From positions 63 through 64,062 of the forward strand of contig CANQXH010000001.1 in the NCBI GenBank assembly GCA_947627745.1: a DNA stretch of 64,000 nucleotides. Reading direction: 5' to 3'. The position numbers and the translations under genes are program-made. Of this stretch, positions 63,147 through 64,000 are shown piece by piece. The number at the start of each line of letters is the position of its first letter. Within the stretch, counting starts at the first letter, position 1. Source of the stretch: an uncultured Oscillospiraceae bacterium. Its GTDB lineage: Bacteria > Bacillota > Clostridia > Oscillospirales > Oscillospiraceae. The notes under the pieces were generated by a model. The model did no database searches and had not been told where the DNA came from. It saw only the letters and a list, made by a program, of their open reading frames with translations.

Positions 63147-63178
63147 GCCCCCGGCTCCGCGCCGGGGGCCTTTATTCT
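63147..63178 (+). terminator. Intrinsic terminator after the DUF362 gene
   Basis: A 9-bp stem GCCCCCGGC / GCCGGGGGC with loop TCCGC, followed by CTTTATTCT. Confidence 0.7.
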
Positions 63179-63257
63179 GATTAATTATCGGCAGGAAACA
63201 TTCCTCCAATCGCTGTTGGCGGCGCAAGAGCCGCCCGGAAAGGATGACTTTATTTTC

Positions 63258-64000
63258 ATGGGGACAAATACCTTAGGCGAGATCATTTATAACCTGCGGA
63301 AGAAAGCGGGGCTGACCCAGGAGGCGCTGGCGGACGGTATTTGCTCCCCCATCTCCATCTCACGCATTGAAAACGGGAATCAAATGCCATCGAGCAAGGT
63401 CCTGGAAAAAATCCTGGAGCGCCTGGGTACGGGGACCTATCAGCTCTGCAATGTCTATTATGAAAACGAACAGCAGGCTTCCTTGCGCCGTTCCTTGGAT
63501 GCAATCTGCGCCCAAGTCTCATCCGGCGATCTGGATTCGGCCCGGGCGGCTTTGCGGGCGCTTTCCGAGAAAGAAATGGACCCGGATAGCCTCCAATACA
63601 CGAAAATGCTTTTCGCGGCGATCCGCATGAAAGACGGGACGGCCGATGAAACCATCGAAACGGAACTGGAAAAGGCTCTGCGCCTGACAAAACCCAACAT
63701 CGACCTTCATGACTGCCGCGGAGAACTGTTTTCCCCCACAGAGGTCAATATTCTTGTCATGCTGACAAGCGCAAAATATTCGGACGGGAAAGTGTTAGAA
63801 GCCATTCGTCTGGGCGAAGAGGTTATGTTTGCATTGGACAGAAACCAAAGCCGTCTATCCGAATTTCAGGTTCTTCATATCAATCTGGCCCACAATTTAA
63901 GTCAATATCTGGTCGTAGAAAACCGCTATGAAGAGGCGCTTCTCTACGCGAAAAAGGCGGAGGAACTCAGCATCCGGGGGACGGAGCAGTTTATGCTGCC
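63258..64000 (+). CDS. XRE HTH + TPR-like regulator (RNPP/Rgg-like architecture); the 3' end runs off the window
   Basis: My own translation gives MGTNTLGEIIYNLRKKAGLTQEALADGICSPISISRIENGNQMPSSKVLEKILERLG, followed by helical repeat-like sequence. The frame is open to position 64000. It is missing from the ORF track because no stop codon falls in the window. Confidence 0.7.
   Translation, partial: MGTNTLGEIIYNLRKKAGLTQEALADGICSPISISRIENGNQMPSSKVLEKILERLGTGTYQLCNVYYENEQQASLRRSLDAICAQVSSGDLDSARAALRALSEKEMDPDSLQYTKMLFAAIRMKDGTADETIETELEKALRLTKPNIDLHDCRGELFSPTEVNILVMLTSAKYSDGKVLEAIRLGEEVMFALDRNQSRLSEFQVLHINLAHNLSQYLVVENRYEEALLYAKKAEELSIRGTEQFML

Overview
This 64-kb window comes from a high-GC, spore-forming Firmicute. 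Gene content and composition look like Clostridia or Oscillospiraceae, but that taxonomic call is inference only. By eye the window has two compositional parts.

(1) Positions 1 to about 10.8 kb are a visibly AT-richer accessory island. It holds four XRE-type regulators, including a divergent cI/Cro-like pair. It also holds a tightly packed 9-gene plus-strand operon (2175-7520) with three different calcineurin-like metallophosphoesterases. Two of these sit directly behind small antitoxin-like genes (Phd/YefM-like and RelB/DinJ-like) with overlapping stop and start codons. The rest of the operon and a second module (7858-10774) encode proteins I cannot assign to any family. No integrase, relaxase or transposase lies in the window. 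The right edge of the island carries hairpins and inverted heptamer arrays just upstream of ychF.

(2) From about 11.1 kb onward the sequence is core chromosome:
- ychF, and groES-groEL with a perfect CIRCE operator
- a MinD-like ATPase, mgsA-like gene, hisS and rpiB
- the sporulation/division cluster yabP-yabQ-divIC-yabR
- a PPTase and tatD
- a galacto-/lacto-N-biose locus (ABC importer, GH112 phosphorylase, NahK-like kinase, AraC regulator) that unusually includes a Cys-type sulfatase and an anaerobic sulfatase maturase
- a split chrA, tRNA-Leu(UAA), DnaD/DnaI-like helicase loaders, a MATE pump, pgi, a ROK glucokinase and a flavodiiron-flavin reductase-rubredoxin fusion
- an XRE regulator next to a 1258-aa sortase-anchored BspA-LRR / class-3 lipase / RTX-like / Listeria-Bacteroides-repeat surface protein, whose central ~3 kb is AT-rich inside a GC-rich gene
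- an AGE-family epimerase, hsp20, rny and a cysteine hydrolase
- a His-rich protein with a CooT-like protein
- a THF riboswitch with a FolT-like ECF S-component, and a lysine riboswitch with lysA
- hemolysin-III, an XRE regulator with an ABC exporter, TspO, DUF362, and a 3'-truncated XRE-TPR regulator

The most interesting candidates are:
- the antitoxin-like/metallophosphoesterase operon
- a type-I toxin-antitoxin-like convergent promoter pair around an unannotated 32-codon hydrophobic ORF (53.4-53.7 kb)
- the compositionally mosaic surface lipase gene, flanked by duplicated hairpins
- the sulfatase-containing GNB/LNB locus

All functional calls rest on motif recognition by eye. No database search was run.
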